Source: Alphaproteobacteria bacterium
GTDB lineage: Bacteria > Pseudomonadota > Alphaproteobacteria > JAAXGF01
Direction: 5' to 3'
Length of the DNA: 64,000 nt
Assembly (NCBI GenBank): GCA_963555825.3
Contig: CAUVXB020000002.1
Location: 3,328,001 to 3,392,000 of the forward strand
Shown here: positions 1 through 10,431 of the stretch, piece after piece
How positions within the stretch are numbered: position 1 is the first letter of the stretch
How the letters are laid out: each line of letters opens with the position of its first letter
Position numbers and translations under genes: made by a program
The notes under the pieces: generated by a model
Database searches by the model: none
What the model was told of the DNA's origin: nothing
Seen by the model: only the letters and a program-made list of their open reading frames with translations

Positions 1-1
1 G

Positions 2-312
2 TGGCTGGCAAGCGGCGCCCCGGTGGTCCGCCTCAACCTTCGGGGCGCGCCTCCAGGCCGGTCGGTTGCCCGCGGCCATTATCACATGGACCGGGTGCGG
101 GATCTCGCCGACGCCTGCTTGGCAGTGGCCGATCTCGACCCGGGCATCCGGGACCGGGGCATCGCCATCGTCGGCTTTTCCCTGGGCGGCGCCCTCGCCC
201 TCCGTCTTGCCTCGGCTCCCTACCTTCCCGCAATGGTGAAAACGGTGGTCGCGGTATCCGCGCCGCTCGATCTCGCGGCGGCGGCGGACCGGATCGCCCG
301 CCCCCGGAACCG
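2..312 (+). pseudogene. Alpha/beta hydrolase (YheT-like), starts before the window, 3' end cut off by IS
   Basis: Frame open from nt 2 with RLNLRG and the GFSLGG nucleophile elbow; breaks at the IS inverted repeat at 313. Confidence 0.75.
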
Positions 313-1654
313 CCTGTGGCTCCCATAAATCCTATCTGCCGCAGAAATCCTAGTATTCCCGGCTTGTGCCGGATAGCGTCTCCGACATGTGCACGACCAT
401 TCGAATTGTCCTTGCCATGGTCCGTGAGGCTTTCCTCAGCCGCGCGGCGTTGCATCTTGAGAACCTTGCCCTGCGACAGCAGCTTGCCGCCTTAGATCGG
501 AAAGGAGCCAGGCCATCGCTTCGGATGGCCGATCGCCTTTTCTGGGTCGTCCTGTCTCGGCTGTGGTCGGGTTGGAGGGAGATCCTGGTGATCGTCAAGC
601 CGGAGACGGTTATCGGCTGGCATCGAAAGGGCTTCCGACGTTTCTGGACCCGGAAGTCGCGACGGGGGAAGCCGGGACGACCGCCCGTGTCGAGCGAATT
701 CCGAGGGCTTATCCGCCGGATGTCTCGGGAGAATCCGTTGTGGGGCGCTCCCCGAATCCACGGTGAGCTCAGGATGCTCGGCTTCGAGGTCTCCGAGGCG
801 GCCGTGTCCAAGTACATGCCGCGCCATCCAAAGCCACCTTCGCAGACATGGCGGACGTTCCTCGAGAACCACGTCGGGTGCCTAGCGTCGACCGACTTCT
901 TCGTCGTACCCACCGCGACGTTCAGTCTTCTATTCGTGCTCGTTGTGCTGCGGCACGAGCGTCGGCGGATTGTTCACATCGGCACCACGGCACACCCGAC
1001 TGCGGCGTGGGTCGCGCAACAGATCCGGGAGGCCTTTCCGTGGGAGACAGCACCACGGTATATGATCCGAGATCGGGATCGTGTGTACGGTATTGCCTTT
1101 CGTTCGCGGATAAAGGCGATGGGCATCGAAGAGGTCGTGACGGCGCCGCGATCGCCGTGGCAGTCGCCGTACGTTGAGCGCGTGATCGGGTCCATCAGGC
1201 GAGAGTGTCTGGATCACGTGATCGTTCTAAACGAACGGCATCTGCGGGCGATACTCTTGTCGTACATCGACTACTACCAGCGATCCCGCACGCACCTGGC
1301 GCTAGGCAAGGATACCCCTGAACGGCGATCGGTTCAGCCGGCTGGCGCCGGGAAGATCGTGGCGTTTCCACAGGTCGGCGGGCTGCATCATCGGTACCAG
1401 CGGTTGGCGGCCTGACTGGCACCGGCTATCGTATAATCGGCTTGCGGCGATGATTCTGACGCCGTCGGGGTCGCCGTAACCTCAGCAATCCGTCTTACTA
1501 TGGCAAGGCCCCCCAAGCCGGTTGCCGATCGATGTGGGCGTCGTTTCCGAAGATGACTATGCCCGCCTCACAGCGAAGATGGTGCCATCACCAGTGCCGG
1601 CGGACCGGTCGGCGTTCTTGATGCACCCCGGATGAGATAAATGGGAGGCACAGG
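313..1654 (+). mobile_element. IS with integrase-core (rve) DDE transposase, IS481/IS3-like
   Basis: Imperfect IRs CCTGTGGCTCCCATAAAT (313) and ATAAATGGGAGGCACAGG (ends 1654). Flanks come from different genes and there is no TSD. Confidence 0.8.
366..1415 (+). CDS. Integrase-core transposase
   Basis: 349 aa with ENPLWGAPRIHGEL, DFF, IRDRD and PWQSPYVERVIGSIRRECLDH motifs. Confidence 0.9.
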   Translation: MPDSVSDMCTTIRIVLAMVREAFLSRAALHLENLALRQQLAALDRKGARPSLRMADRLFWVVLSRLWSGWREILVIVKPETVIGWHRKGFRRFWTRKSRRGKPGRPPVSSEFRGLIRRMSRENPLWGAPRIHGELRMLGFEVSEAAVSKYMPRHPKPPSQTWRTFLENHVGCLASTDFFVVPTATFSLLFVLVVLRHERRRIVHIGTTAHPTAAWVAQQIREAFPWETAPRYMIRDRDRVYGIAFRSRIKAMGIEEVVTAPRSPWQSPYVERVIGSIRRECLDHVIVLNERHLRAILLSYIDYYQRSRTHLALGKDTPERRSVQPAGAGKIVAFPQVGGLHHRYQRLAA

Positions 1655-1872
1655 CTCTTGACCACGGGGAAGCGCGCCGCCTTGATGCGCCGCTCGACCA
1701 TGCGGCGCTCGCGGTCGATCAGCTCGAGCTCGGCGAGTCTCAACAGGTAGCGGACGTGATCGACGCCTTCCGAGGCGCACTGCCGGGCGATCTTGTCGTA
1801 CTCGCGCAGGAAGGTCGGCAGCTTCAGCGTCTTGAGGTGGTGGGCGAGCAGCACTTGCGGTGTGTCGGTCAT
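1655..1872 (-). pseudogene. istB: IstB ATPase, truncated after ARFPVVKS
   Basis: Matches the 5' part of istB at 10428 and 50486; cut by the 313-1654 IS. Confidence 0.9.
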
Positions 1873-3368
1873 GCGCCGAGCCCCGACAGCAGGCTCATGT
1901 ACGACTTGGCGGACGTCATCGCGACCCGGGCGCGCGGCAGATACGGATAGACGTCGAGGTTGAGCCTGGGCGGCCGCCGCTCGATGCGGCACAGTACCAG
2001 GTGCTTCACCGCATCAAAGCCGATTGCGCCGAGCCGCAGGGCGTCGCCGACCGCACCCTCGACCTCCTCGAGCCGGAAGGTCTCCAGTAGACGGAGCACC
2101 TGGACGTACTCGCGCTTGCCTGCCTTGCCCATACGAGCTTCGAGGAGCCGCCGCAGAGTGATGAAGGCCTCGGGCAGGTCCCAGCCCGCCAATGGCGCGG
2201 CCTGGTCGAGGGCGCCGATCTTCTGCTCGATCAAGGGCAGGTAATGCAGCGGGTCGAAGATCAGGTCCTCGCTGTCGTAGGACCGGCGGTGCCGGGCGAT
2301 CACCTCGGCCCCGCAGCTGATCACCACCTCATCGACGTAGCCCCGGATGAGCACCTCACGGTGGCCGTAGGCCACGGGCACGGAATAGTCGTTGCTGCGG
2401 TAACGCACCAGCGACAGCGAACTCGCCCGTCCAGGGCGCTTATCGCAGGCATCATAGGGAGCAGGCGGCAATGGCAAGAGAACTTGACGATCCCGCTCGA
2501 GACGCTCGCCGATGGTCTCCTTGTGGCCCCGCAGCCGCGCCGCCTGGCGCCGGCGGCACTGTTCGGCGAGAGCATCGTTGAGGGCCGCGAAGCTCTCGGC
2601 ACGCGGGACGGGGACCAGGAAGTTCCGCCGGATGAAGCCGACCAGTCCCTCGACCTTGCCCTTGTCGTTGCCCTTGCCCGGCCGGCCGAACCTGTCCTCG
2701 AACAGATAGTGGGACTGAAGCTCCGTGAAGGCGCGCGTTCGCTGCCGCTTCCCATCGCCCAGGATCCGGGCAACCGCCAGCTTGGTGTTGTCGTACAGGA
2801 TGGATCGGGGGACGCCGCCGAAGAAGGCAAACGCCGCGTTGTGGCCATCGCAGAATGCTTCGGTCGTCTCCGCCGGATAGGCCTTCACGAAGCAGGCATC
2901 ACTGTGGGGAAGATCGAAGGCAAGGAAGTGGACCTTGCGCGCCACGCCGCCGATCACCGCCATCGCCTCGCCGAAGTCCGCCTGGGCGTGACCGGGGGAA
3001 TGGACGAGCGGCACGAACATCTCGCGCGACCGAAGCCGCCGCTCACGGACATAGTCCTTCACGATGGTGTAGCCGCCGGTGAACCCGTACTCGTCCCGGA
3101 GACGGTCGAAGATCCGCTTCGCCGTGTGCCGTTGCTTGTGGTGGCTGGTCCGATCGTCTTCCAGAATCCGATCGATGATCCCCGTGAACGGACCCAGCTT
3201 CGGCCGCCGTGGCGGCTTGCCGCGGCGATACCCCGGCGGCACCGAGAACGACAGCATCTTGCGTACCGTCTTGCGGTCCAGCCCGAACACCCGCGAGGCC
3301 TCGCGGGTGCTCATTCCCTCGACACGACACGCCCGCCGGACCCGCGCGTACATCTCCACCCGATACAT
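1869..3368 (-). CDS. istA: IS21 transposase IstA
   Basis: 499 aa with QADFGE, YDNTK and KGKVEGLVG motifs; ATGA overlap with istB. Confidence 0.95.
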   Translation of the reverse strand: MYRVEMYARVRRACRVEGMSTREASRVFGLDRKTVRKMLSFSVPPGYRRGKPPRRPKLGPFTGIIDRILEDDRTSHHKQRHTAKRIFDRLRDEYGFTGGYTIVKDYVRERRLRSREMFVPLVHSPGHAQADFGEAMAVIGGVARKVHFLAFDLPHSDACFVKAYPAETTEAFCDGHNAAFAFFGGVPRSILYDNTKLAVARILGDGKRQRTRAFTELQSHYLFEDRFGRPGKGNDKGKVEGLVGFIRRNFLVPVPRAESFAALNDALAEQCRRRQAARLRGHKETIGERLERDRQVLLPLPPAPYDACDKRPGRASSLSLVRYRSNDYSVPVAYGHREVLIRGYVDEVVISCGAEVIARHRRSYDSEDLIFDPLHYLPLIEQKIGALDQAAPLAGWDLPEAFITLRRLLEARMGKAGKREYVQVLRLLETFRLEEVEGAVGDALRLGAIGFDAVKHLVLCRIERRPPRLNLDVYPYLPRARVAMTSAKSYMSLLSGLGA

Positions 3369-3485
3369 CCCCCCGCCTTCCAGTCAGAGCAACCCTGACA
3401 GAAGGCTATACGCGGTCCCATTTTGGTCCGCCACAGCCGGATCAACCGGCCGCTTCAGTGGGGGATTATTGCGCCGCCGTTCTCA

Positions 3486-3627
3486 ACTCCTCCCGTGGAA
3501 CTGGCAAGACAGCCAGCGGCACGATCAGGCCGCATAGGCCGAGACCTCCGCCTAGCGCTTCCTCACCGGAAATGCGCCGCCACCAAACTCAGCCCCAAAT
3601 ACCCCGCAGCCTTCGGCGGATGCCTAC
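3486..3627 (+). mobile_element. IS66 right-end remnant
   Basis: TnpC C-terminus LLPWNW...AA* followed by IS66-type end GCCTTCGGCGGATGCCTAC. Confidence 0.7.
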
Positions 3628-3669
3628 CTCAGATCAACATCCCTTGCAACGGGAGAGCCGTCCATAGAT

Positions 3670-3855
3670 ATAGTAAGTGACCTCGCTGATCCCCAACTGC
3701 CGGATCGCATCCGCCATCGACATGCCCTGGCCGTGCAGAACCTCCGCCTGCCGCAGCAGGCTGACGATCTCCTCCGGCTTGTAACGCTTCCTTGCCATCG
3801 TTGATCCTCCTCATTCCCAAACCCAAGGATGGACCAATTCGATGGGGGAGGATCA
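3670..3855 (-). mobile_element. IS3-family left-end remnant (IRL plus partial orfA)
   Basis: IRL TGATCCTCCCCCATCGAATTGGTCC; from 3798 MARKRYKPEEIVSLLRQAEVLHGQGMSMADAIRQLGISEVTYY. Confidence 0.8.
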
Positions 3856-4229
3856 CCAGGAACCTGCGCCGTGCCCGTCTTCACCGGAGCCTCGACCTTG
3901 CCCTTGATGATTGCGACTGTCGGCTATTTCATGATCTTTACCACGCTGATCGCGCTGGTGCTCATCACAGCGGCATCGCCAGGCTGGAGCCAGCGCGGTC
4001 CGGTTCGCCGTGCAAGAAGGGGCGATGGGCCCGCCCTAGCAAAGCAGCGAGCGTCGCACCGCCGAGACCGAAGGGATCAGCGGGTACCGCCGAACCCGGC
4101 CGAGAGGTCCTCGCGCGCGATGACGCCGCCCATGTAGTTTCGACTCCCTTCAACGTAAAAACTCTCCACTTGGCATGCGGATTCATACGCGCTAGTGCAC
4201 CCGCATATCGCGAGGGTGCAGATCGGCGA

Positions 4230-4913
4230 TTAGCGGCAGAACGGCCAGACTTGATACCAGGAGTCGCACCGAAAGCTGGATTCACAGCGCACAAGCTGCG
4301 CTCTATAACGATCCGAGGTCGCAGCGACCCGCCGGGCGGCACGCTGCACCTTCGGCTTGTCCCTCCAGGTGCCCCGCCGATATCCGCCCTGCCCTTCGTG
4401 GTAGGCGAGGTAGAGGCGCTGCGCGTCGGTGAGGGGTATGCCGAGCTGACGTCTGGTTCGGTGGTTGTACCAGCCGATGAAGTCCAGGGCATCTTCCATG
4501 TCGCCGCGGCTGCGGAACAGACGTCCCCGTTCCGCTTGGTATTCGTTCCAGACCGGATCCTGTGCCTGCGCATAGCCCTTGGCAGAAGACGGACGGCCGA
4601 GCGGTATGAACCAGAGCCATTGGCGCGGCGGCCGGGCGTCGCCCCGATAACTCGATTCGTGGCGCACGAACGACATCTGCACGTGGATCGGTGTTCCCCA
4701 GCGGCTTGCGGACTTCCGGGCATAGTCATACCAGTCGGGGTACTGCCGGAACACCTCGCAGATATCCGCCTGTCGTGTCGGCGGCGATGCGGTGCCACAG
4801 CCGGCGAGCGGTATCAATGCGGCCAACAACACGGCCGCGACCAATTTGGGGGAATCGCAGACCGCTGTCCGCAAGTCGGACAGCCGGAAAGACAAGCGCA
4901 CTGGCTGCTGCAT
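4230..4913 (-). CDS. Lipoprotein with SLT-type lytic transglycosylase domain
   Basis: Lipobox LAGC, catalytic-like HESS, SSAKGYAQA, DFIGWY and LYLAYHEGQGGY motifs. Confidence 0.8.
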   Translation of the reverse strand: MQQPVRLSFRLSDLRTAVCDSPKLVAAVLLAALIPLAGCGTASPPTRQADICEVFRQYPDWYDYARKSASRWGTPIHVQMSFVRHESSYRGDARPPRQWLWFIPLGRPSSAKGYAQAQDPVWNEYQAERGRLFRSRGDMEDALDFIGWYNHRTRRQLGIPLTDAQRLYLAYHEGQGGYRRGTWRDKPKVQRAARRVAATSDRYRAQLVRCESSFRCDSWYQVWPFCR

Positions 4914-4992
4914 GCGGTCCTCTTACTGATTTCCTCCGCCTCAGATTCCTCCTCGGGGCCCGGGCGATCGCCCACACCGGCCAATCACAACA

Positions 4993-6141
4993 TTATTCTA
5001 TATTGGTGACGCGTGCATTGACTGAATCCCGCGCCAGATGCGCATACCGGGCGGTGGTCCGGATCTGGCTGTGCCCGAGCAGCTTGGCGATCACGGGCAG
5101 GCTCTCGCCCAGCGCCAGCGCCCTCGACGCGAAGGAATGCCGGCAGTCGTGAATCCTGACGTTCTCGACCCCCGCGCGCTCCCGCACGATCCGCCACGGG
5201 TCGTCCAGGTTGGTCATGTGCGTGTCCGGCTTCTGGCCGGGGATTACCCAGGGGTTGCCCGGAACCCGGGGCAGTTCCGCCAGCACCTTCGCCGCCGGCG
5301 GCGACAGCGGCACCGCGCGCGGGCCCGTCTTGCTTTCGCGGAGCCTAAATTCGCCGGCCTCGAGGTCGATGTCAGTCCATTGCAGGGACAGGATCTCGCT
5401 CTTGCGGCAGCCGGTCAGCATCAGCAGCCGGATCGCCGCCACGGCATGGACCGACACCCCGCCCTCGGTGGGGGCCTCGCCGAGAACCTCGCCGAAGCGG
5501 CGGAACTCGGTGTCGGTCAGGAACCGCTCGCGCCCGCGCGCCGGGTACTTGCGCACCGACCGGCAAGGGTTGGTGCCGTCGGGGACCATCTCCCAGTCCG
5601 CGGCCATCGCATACATGCGCGACATCAGCGCCACCGCCCGGTTCGCCGCGTAGGGAACCCCGTTCAGCCGGACGTGGAACGCCGCCACCCGCTCGCGCTC
5701 CACCGCGAGCAGCGGGAGTTTGCCGAACTCCGGCACGATGTACTTGCCGAGCAGCCCCCGGATGCCCTCCGCCGTGGACTGCTTGCAGCGCACCGCGACA
5801 TGCTTCTCCATGTAGCGCGCCGCCAAGCCGGCCACCGTCGGCCCGCCCGCGAGCCGGGCCGGCAGCGGTTCCGGTATCGGGTCTTCGCCCGCCTTGATCC
5901 GGTTGACGATCCGCGCCGCCCGGCGCCGCGCCTCGTCGGCGGAGATCACCCCGTGCCGGCCCACCGTCACCCGCACCGACTTTCCTTTCGTCCGGCTTTG
6001 CACGACGTACATCTTCGTGCCCGAGGCGTAGACCCTGATGCCGAACCCCGGCAGGTCCCGATCCCAGAACACCGTGTCCTTCTCGACCTTGAGCGCCTCG
6101 ACGGTGCGCCGGGAGATCGAACGCCGATTCAGCTTGGCCAT
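4993..6141 (-). CDS. Tyrosine recombinase with N-terminal arm-binding (DUF4102-like) domain
   Basis: WDRDLPGFGIRV N-terminus; TGCRKSE, K, HDCRH, LGH and RY catalytic set. Confidence 0.9.
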   Translation of the reverse strand: MAKLNRRSISRRTVEALKVEKDTVFWDRDLPGFGIRVYASGTKMYVVQSRTKGKSVRVTVGRHGVISADEARRRAARIVNRIKAGEDPIPEPLPARLAGGPTVAGLAARYMEKHVAVRCKQSTAEGIRGLLGKYIVPEFGKLPLLAVERERVAAFHVRLNGVPYAANRAVALMSRMYAMAADWEMVPDGTNPCRSVRKYPARGRERFLTDTEFRRFGEVLGEAPTEGGVSVHAVAAIRLLMLTGCRKSEILSLQWTDIDLEAGEFRLRESKTGPRAVPLSPPAAKVLAELPRVPGNPWVIPGQKPDTHMTNLDDPWRIVRERAGVENVRIHDCRHSFASRALALGESLPVIAKLLGHSQIRTTARYAHLARDSVNARVTNIE

Positions 6142-7328
6142 TACGCCGCCTCCGCGCCGTCCGCCGGCAGGATGTCGGCGCCGATGCTGCCGGCCACTTT
6201 GGCCGCCGAGGCCTTCTCGGTGTCGCGCGCGAGATGCGCATAGCGCGCGGTGGTCTCGATCCTGTTGTGGCCTAACAGCTTCCCGATCATGCTCAGGCTC
6301 TCGCCGAGCGCCAGCGCACGGCTCGCCCAGGAATGCCGCAGGTCATGGATGCGCACGTCGTCCAGCCTGGCCCGGGCACGTACGATCAGCCACGGATCGT
6401 TGACGTTGGTCATGCGCGCGCCCGGCTTCTGCCCGGCGATCACCCACGGGTTGTCCGGAACCCGGGGAATATCTTCCAGCACGCCGGCCACGGCGGGTGT
6501 CAGCGGCACCATGCGCGCGCCGGTCTTGCCGTCGCGCAGCCGTAGCTCCCCCACCGTCCGGTCGATGTCGTCCCACCTGAGCTCCAGCACCTCGTTGCGC
6601 CGGCACCCGGTCAGCACCAGCAGCCGGATCGCCGCCGCCGCATGGAGCGACACCGTCCGCTTCGCCTCCAGCTCATCGACCGCCCGGCCGAGCCGGCAAT
6701 ACTCCTCGTCGGTCAGGAACCGCTCACGCGGGTGCGTCCGGTACTTGCGCACCGCCCGGCATGGGTTCGGCCCGTGCTCCCGCAGGCCCCATTCGACGGC
6801 CAGCGACAGCACCTTGGCCACGATCTTCAGCACCGCGTTCGCCGCATGGGGCGCGCCGCGCATCGCGTAATGCAGTTCCATCACCTGCTCGCGCCCGACC
6901 TCGCCCACAGGCATCCCGCCCAGCGCCGGCAGGATGTGGTTGTCGAGCGCCCGCCGGTAGACCTCCGCGCTCGACGCCCTGCAGTGCGAGGGCACGTAGT
7001 CGCGCATGTAGCGCTCGGCGAGAACGGCCATCGTCGGCTCGGGCTCCGGCGGAGGGGGTATCGGGTCCTCGCCCCGCTTGATGCGGTCGATGGCCTCCGC
7101 CGCCTGGCGCCGCGCCTCGTCGGCGGTGAGTTTCCCGTGCCGTCCAAGCGTCGCCCTCTTCGACCCGCCGGGGCCGCGCGACTGGACGACGTATTTCTTT
7201 AGGCCAGAGGGATAGACCCTGATGCCGAAGCCGGGGAGGTCCCGGTCCCAGAACACGGCGTCGCGATGCTCGACCGACAACGCGTCGACGGTGCGTTTGG
7301 TGATAACCCGTTCCTGGCGTCTCGGCAT
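6141..7328 (-). CDS. Second tyrosine recombinase, translationally coupled to the first
   Basis: Start MPRRQ at 7328; TGCRRNE, HDLRH, LGH and RY; TAATG overlap at 6141. Confidence 0.9.
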   Translation of the reverse strand: MPRRQERVITKRTVDALSVEHRDAVFWDRDLPGFGIRVYPSGLKKYVVQSRGPGGSKRATLGRHGKLTADEARRQAAEAIDRIKRGEDPIPPPPEPEPTMAVLAERYMRDYVPSHCRASSAEVYRRALDNHILPALGGMPVGEVGREQVMELHYAMRGAPHAANAVLKIVAKVLSLAVEWGLREHGPNPCRAVRKYRTHPRERFLTDEEYCRLGRAVDELEAKRTVSLHAAAAIRLLVLTGCRRNEVLELRWDDIDRTVGELRLRDGKTGARMVPLTPAVAGVLEDIPRVPDNPWVIAGQKPGARMTNVNDPWLIVRARARLDDVRIHDLRHSWASRALALGESLSMIGKLLGHNRIETTARYAHLARDTEKASAAKVAGSIGADILPADGAEAA

Positions 7329-7536
7329 GGCGTTTCCGGCTATTCTCGTTCTGCCGCCCGGACGATCCGTAAGCACTATGCAAGCGACCGCCCTCAAACC
7401 GGGGCGCATCATGGCGCGTCCCTGACAGGGACGCAAGCGGGAAATGGCAGCGAAAATCTTCTAGAAACATAGGAGAACCGCTACTTTATCGCACTCCTGC
7501 GCATCTCTGCGCAGCCGTGGCGATGCGGGAGAATTA

Positions 7537-8397
7537 ATGCATCATGATATAAAGGGCTTCGGTGTCCGCGTCCGTCCCTCGGGACGCAAGACCTATATCG
7601 TCAAGTACCGCGACCGCGGGCGGGCCGTGAAAGTTACCATCGGGCCGCACGGAGCGATCTCACCGGCCGCCGCCAGGGCCAGGGCCGCCGAGATCGTCAC
7701 CGCCGCCAGGACCGGCAAGGACCTGTCGGGGCGCGACCTGCGGGACGCCAAGGCGCCGACCGTCGCCGAACTGGGGCGGCGCTTTCTCGACGAATACGTG
7801 ACCGACCACTGCAAGCCCAATACGAAGCGGCAATACCGCAAGATGGTCGAGGGCTACATCCTGCCCCGGCTGGGCACGCGCCGGGTACCGGACGTCCAGC
7901 GCATCGATGTGGTGTCCCTGCACCACGACATGCGTGCGACCCCGACGAACGCCAACCGGATGCTGGCGACGCTGTCGCGCATGTTCGCAGTGGCGGAACT
8001 CTGGCAGATGCGCCCGGACGCCTCCAACCCGTGCCGGAACATCAAGCATTTCCGGGAAGAGCGGCGCGAGCGGTTTCTCTCGGACGAGGAATACCGCCGC
8101 CTGGGCGAGGTGCTGAGGGAGGTCGAGCGGGAGGGATCGGAACGGCCGTCGGCCATTGCTGCGATCCGCCTGCTGATGCTGACGGGATGCCGGAAGGCAG
8201 AGATCCTGACACTGCGATGGGAATACGTCGATCTGGACCGGGGCGAATTGCGCCTGCCGGACAGCAAGACCGGGGCCAAGATCGTCCATCTGGGCGACCC
8301 GGCGATCGCGGTGCTGCAGGGCCTGGCGCGCGAGGACGGCAATTCGTGGGTGATAACGAGCCCGAAGCCCGGAGAGGCGCTGAGCGACGTCTACGAC
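7537..8397 (+). pseudogene. Third, divergent tyrosine recombinase truncated by IS21
   Basis: GFGVRV, TGCRKAE and DSKTG present; HxxR and Tyr region lost at the IS21 IRL (8398). Confidence 0.85.
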
Positions 8398-8515
8398 TGA
8401 GAACGGCAGAGCAATAATCCCCCACTGAAGCGGCCGGTCGATCCGGCTGCGGCGGACCAAAATGGGACCGCGTATAGCCTTCTGTCAGGGTTGCTCTGAC
8501 TGGAAGGCGGGGGGG

Positions 8516-10431
8516 ATGTATCGGGTGGAGTTGTACGCACGGGTTCGGCGGGCGTGTCATGTCGAGGGGATGAGCACCCGCGAGGCCTCGCGGGTGTTTG
8601 GTGTAGACCGCAAGACGGTCCGTAAGATGCTGTCGTTCTCGGTGCCGCCAGGGTATCGCCGAAGCGCGCCGCCGAGGCGGCCAAAGCTGGGTCCGTTCAC
8701 GGGAATCATCGATCGGATCTTGGAAGACGATCGGACCAGCCACCGCAAGCAACGGCACACTGCGAAGCGCATCTTCGACCGCCTCCGGGACGAGTACGGT
8801 TTCACGGGCGGCTACACCATCGTGAAGGACTACGTTCGTGAGCAGGGGCTTCGGTCGCGTGAGGTGTTCGTGCCACTCTCCCATTCCCCCGGTCACGCCC
8901 AGGCGGACTTCGGCGAAGCGATGGCGGTGATCGGCGGCGCGTTGGGAAGCGGCAGCGAACGCGCGACGGAGATCCACTATCTCGAGGACAGGTTCGGCCG
9001 GACCGGGCAAGGGCAACGACAAGGGCAAGGTCGAGGGACTGATGCTTCATCCGGCGGAACTTCCTGGTCCCCTTTCAACGATGCTCTGCGAACAGTGCCT
9101 AGGCGGCGCGGCTGCGGGGGATGACGAGGCTGAGCCTCAAGCATTTCTGCGATGGCACAGTTTCCGGTATCGATGAACACGCTATTTATGCGGCACTGGA
9201 GTTGACAAGAACAGCGATCCAGGCTCCGGGGCGGGCAATCCGAGCTTGCATCCGATCAAGGGCGGCGACGCTGAAGGACTGATGGCCAAGCTGGACGCGT
9301 GGTCAAGGTGACGGGTCGAACGCCGAGATAACGCTGTCTACGACGGCTTCCTCGAGCAGCGCGGCATCGAGTGTCTGGTCATGGAGCCGGCCAGCTTGCG
9401 GGTCAACCGCCGGGCGCGGCGTTTGCCTTCTTCGGCGGCGTCCCCCGATCCATCCTGTACGACAACACCAAGCTGGCGGTTGCCCGGATCCTGGGCGATG
9501 GGAAGCGGCAGCGAACGCGCGTCTTCACGGAGCTTCAGTCCCACTACGCTGCTGTTCGAGGACAGGTTCGGCCGGCCGGGCAAGGGCAACGACAAGGGCA
9601 AGGTCGAGGGACTGGTCGGCTTCATCCGGCGGAACTTCCTGGTCCCCGTCCCGCGTGCCGAGAGCTTCGCGGCCCTCAACGATGCTCTCGCCGCGAAGGT
9701 GCCGTCCACGGCGATTCTGTGATGGTCCATGTATACAGCAGTGCCGCCGGCGCCAGGCGGCGCGGCTGCGGGGCCACAAGGAGACCATCGGCGAGCGTCT
9801 CGAGCGGGATCGTCAAGTTCTCTTGCCATTGCCGCCTGCTCCCTATGATGCCTGCGATAAGCGCCCTGGACGGGCGAGTTCGCTGTCGCTGGTGCGTTAC
9901 CGCAGCAACGACTATTCCGTGCCCGTGGCCTACGGCCACCGTGAGGTGCTCATCCGGGGCTACGTCGATGAGGTGGTGATCAGCTGCGGGGCCGAGGTGA
10001 TCGCCCGGCACCGCCGGTCCTACGACAGCGAGGACCTGATCTTCGACCCGCTGCATTACCTGCCCTTGATCGAGCAGAAGATCGGCGCCCTCGACCAGGC
10101 CGCGCCATTGGCGGGCTGGGACCTGCCCGAGGCCTTCATCACTCTGCGGCGGCTCCTCGAAGCTCGTATGGGCAAGGCAGGCAAGCGCGAGTACGTCCAG
10201 GTGCTCCGTCTACTGGAGACCTTCCGGCTCGAGGAGGTCGAGGGTGCGGTCGGCGACGCCCTGCGGCTCGGCGCAATCGGCTTTGATGCGGTGAAGCACC
10301 TGGTACTGTGCCGCATCGAGCGGCGGCCGCCCAGGCTCAACCTCGACGTCTATCCGTATCTGCCGCGCGCCCGGGTCGCGATGACGTCCGCCAAGTCGTA
10401 CATGAGCCTGCTGTCGGGGCTCGGCGCATGA
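8516..10431 (+). pseudogene. istA: IstA, disrupted between ~8940 and ~9740
   Basis: 5' and 3' parts match the copy at 47532; the middle is duplicated, frameshifted and mixed with foreign sequence. Confidence 0.85.
9120..9415 (+). pseudogene. Degenerate IS110-family transposase N-terminal fragment
   Basis: Fragments AIYAALEL, IKGGDAEGLMAKLD and [27 protein letters not shown], with many small deletions. Confidence 0.6.

Larger units (their letters stand above)
1655..3485 (-). mobile_element. IS21-family element, copy 1, right end lost
   Basis: IRL TGAGAACGGCGGCGCAATAATCCCC at 3485, then istA and partial istB. Confidence 0.9.

Noticed and set aside
3792-5009. 405-aa plus-strand ORF and similar long shadow ORFs (17599-19809, 36995-38443, 48654-50000)
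   Set aside because: They lie antisense to recognisable genes in GC-rich DNA and show no motifs.
4993-8397. RIT element or prophage
   Set aside because: RIT trios are co-oriented and lack arm-binding domains; here the third gene is divergent and no phage genes are visible.
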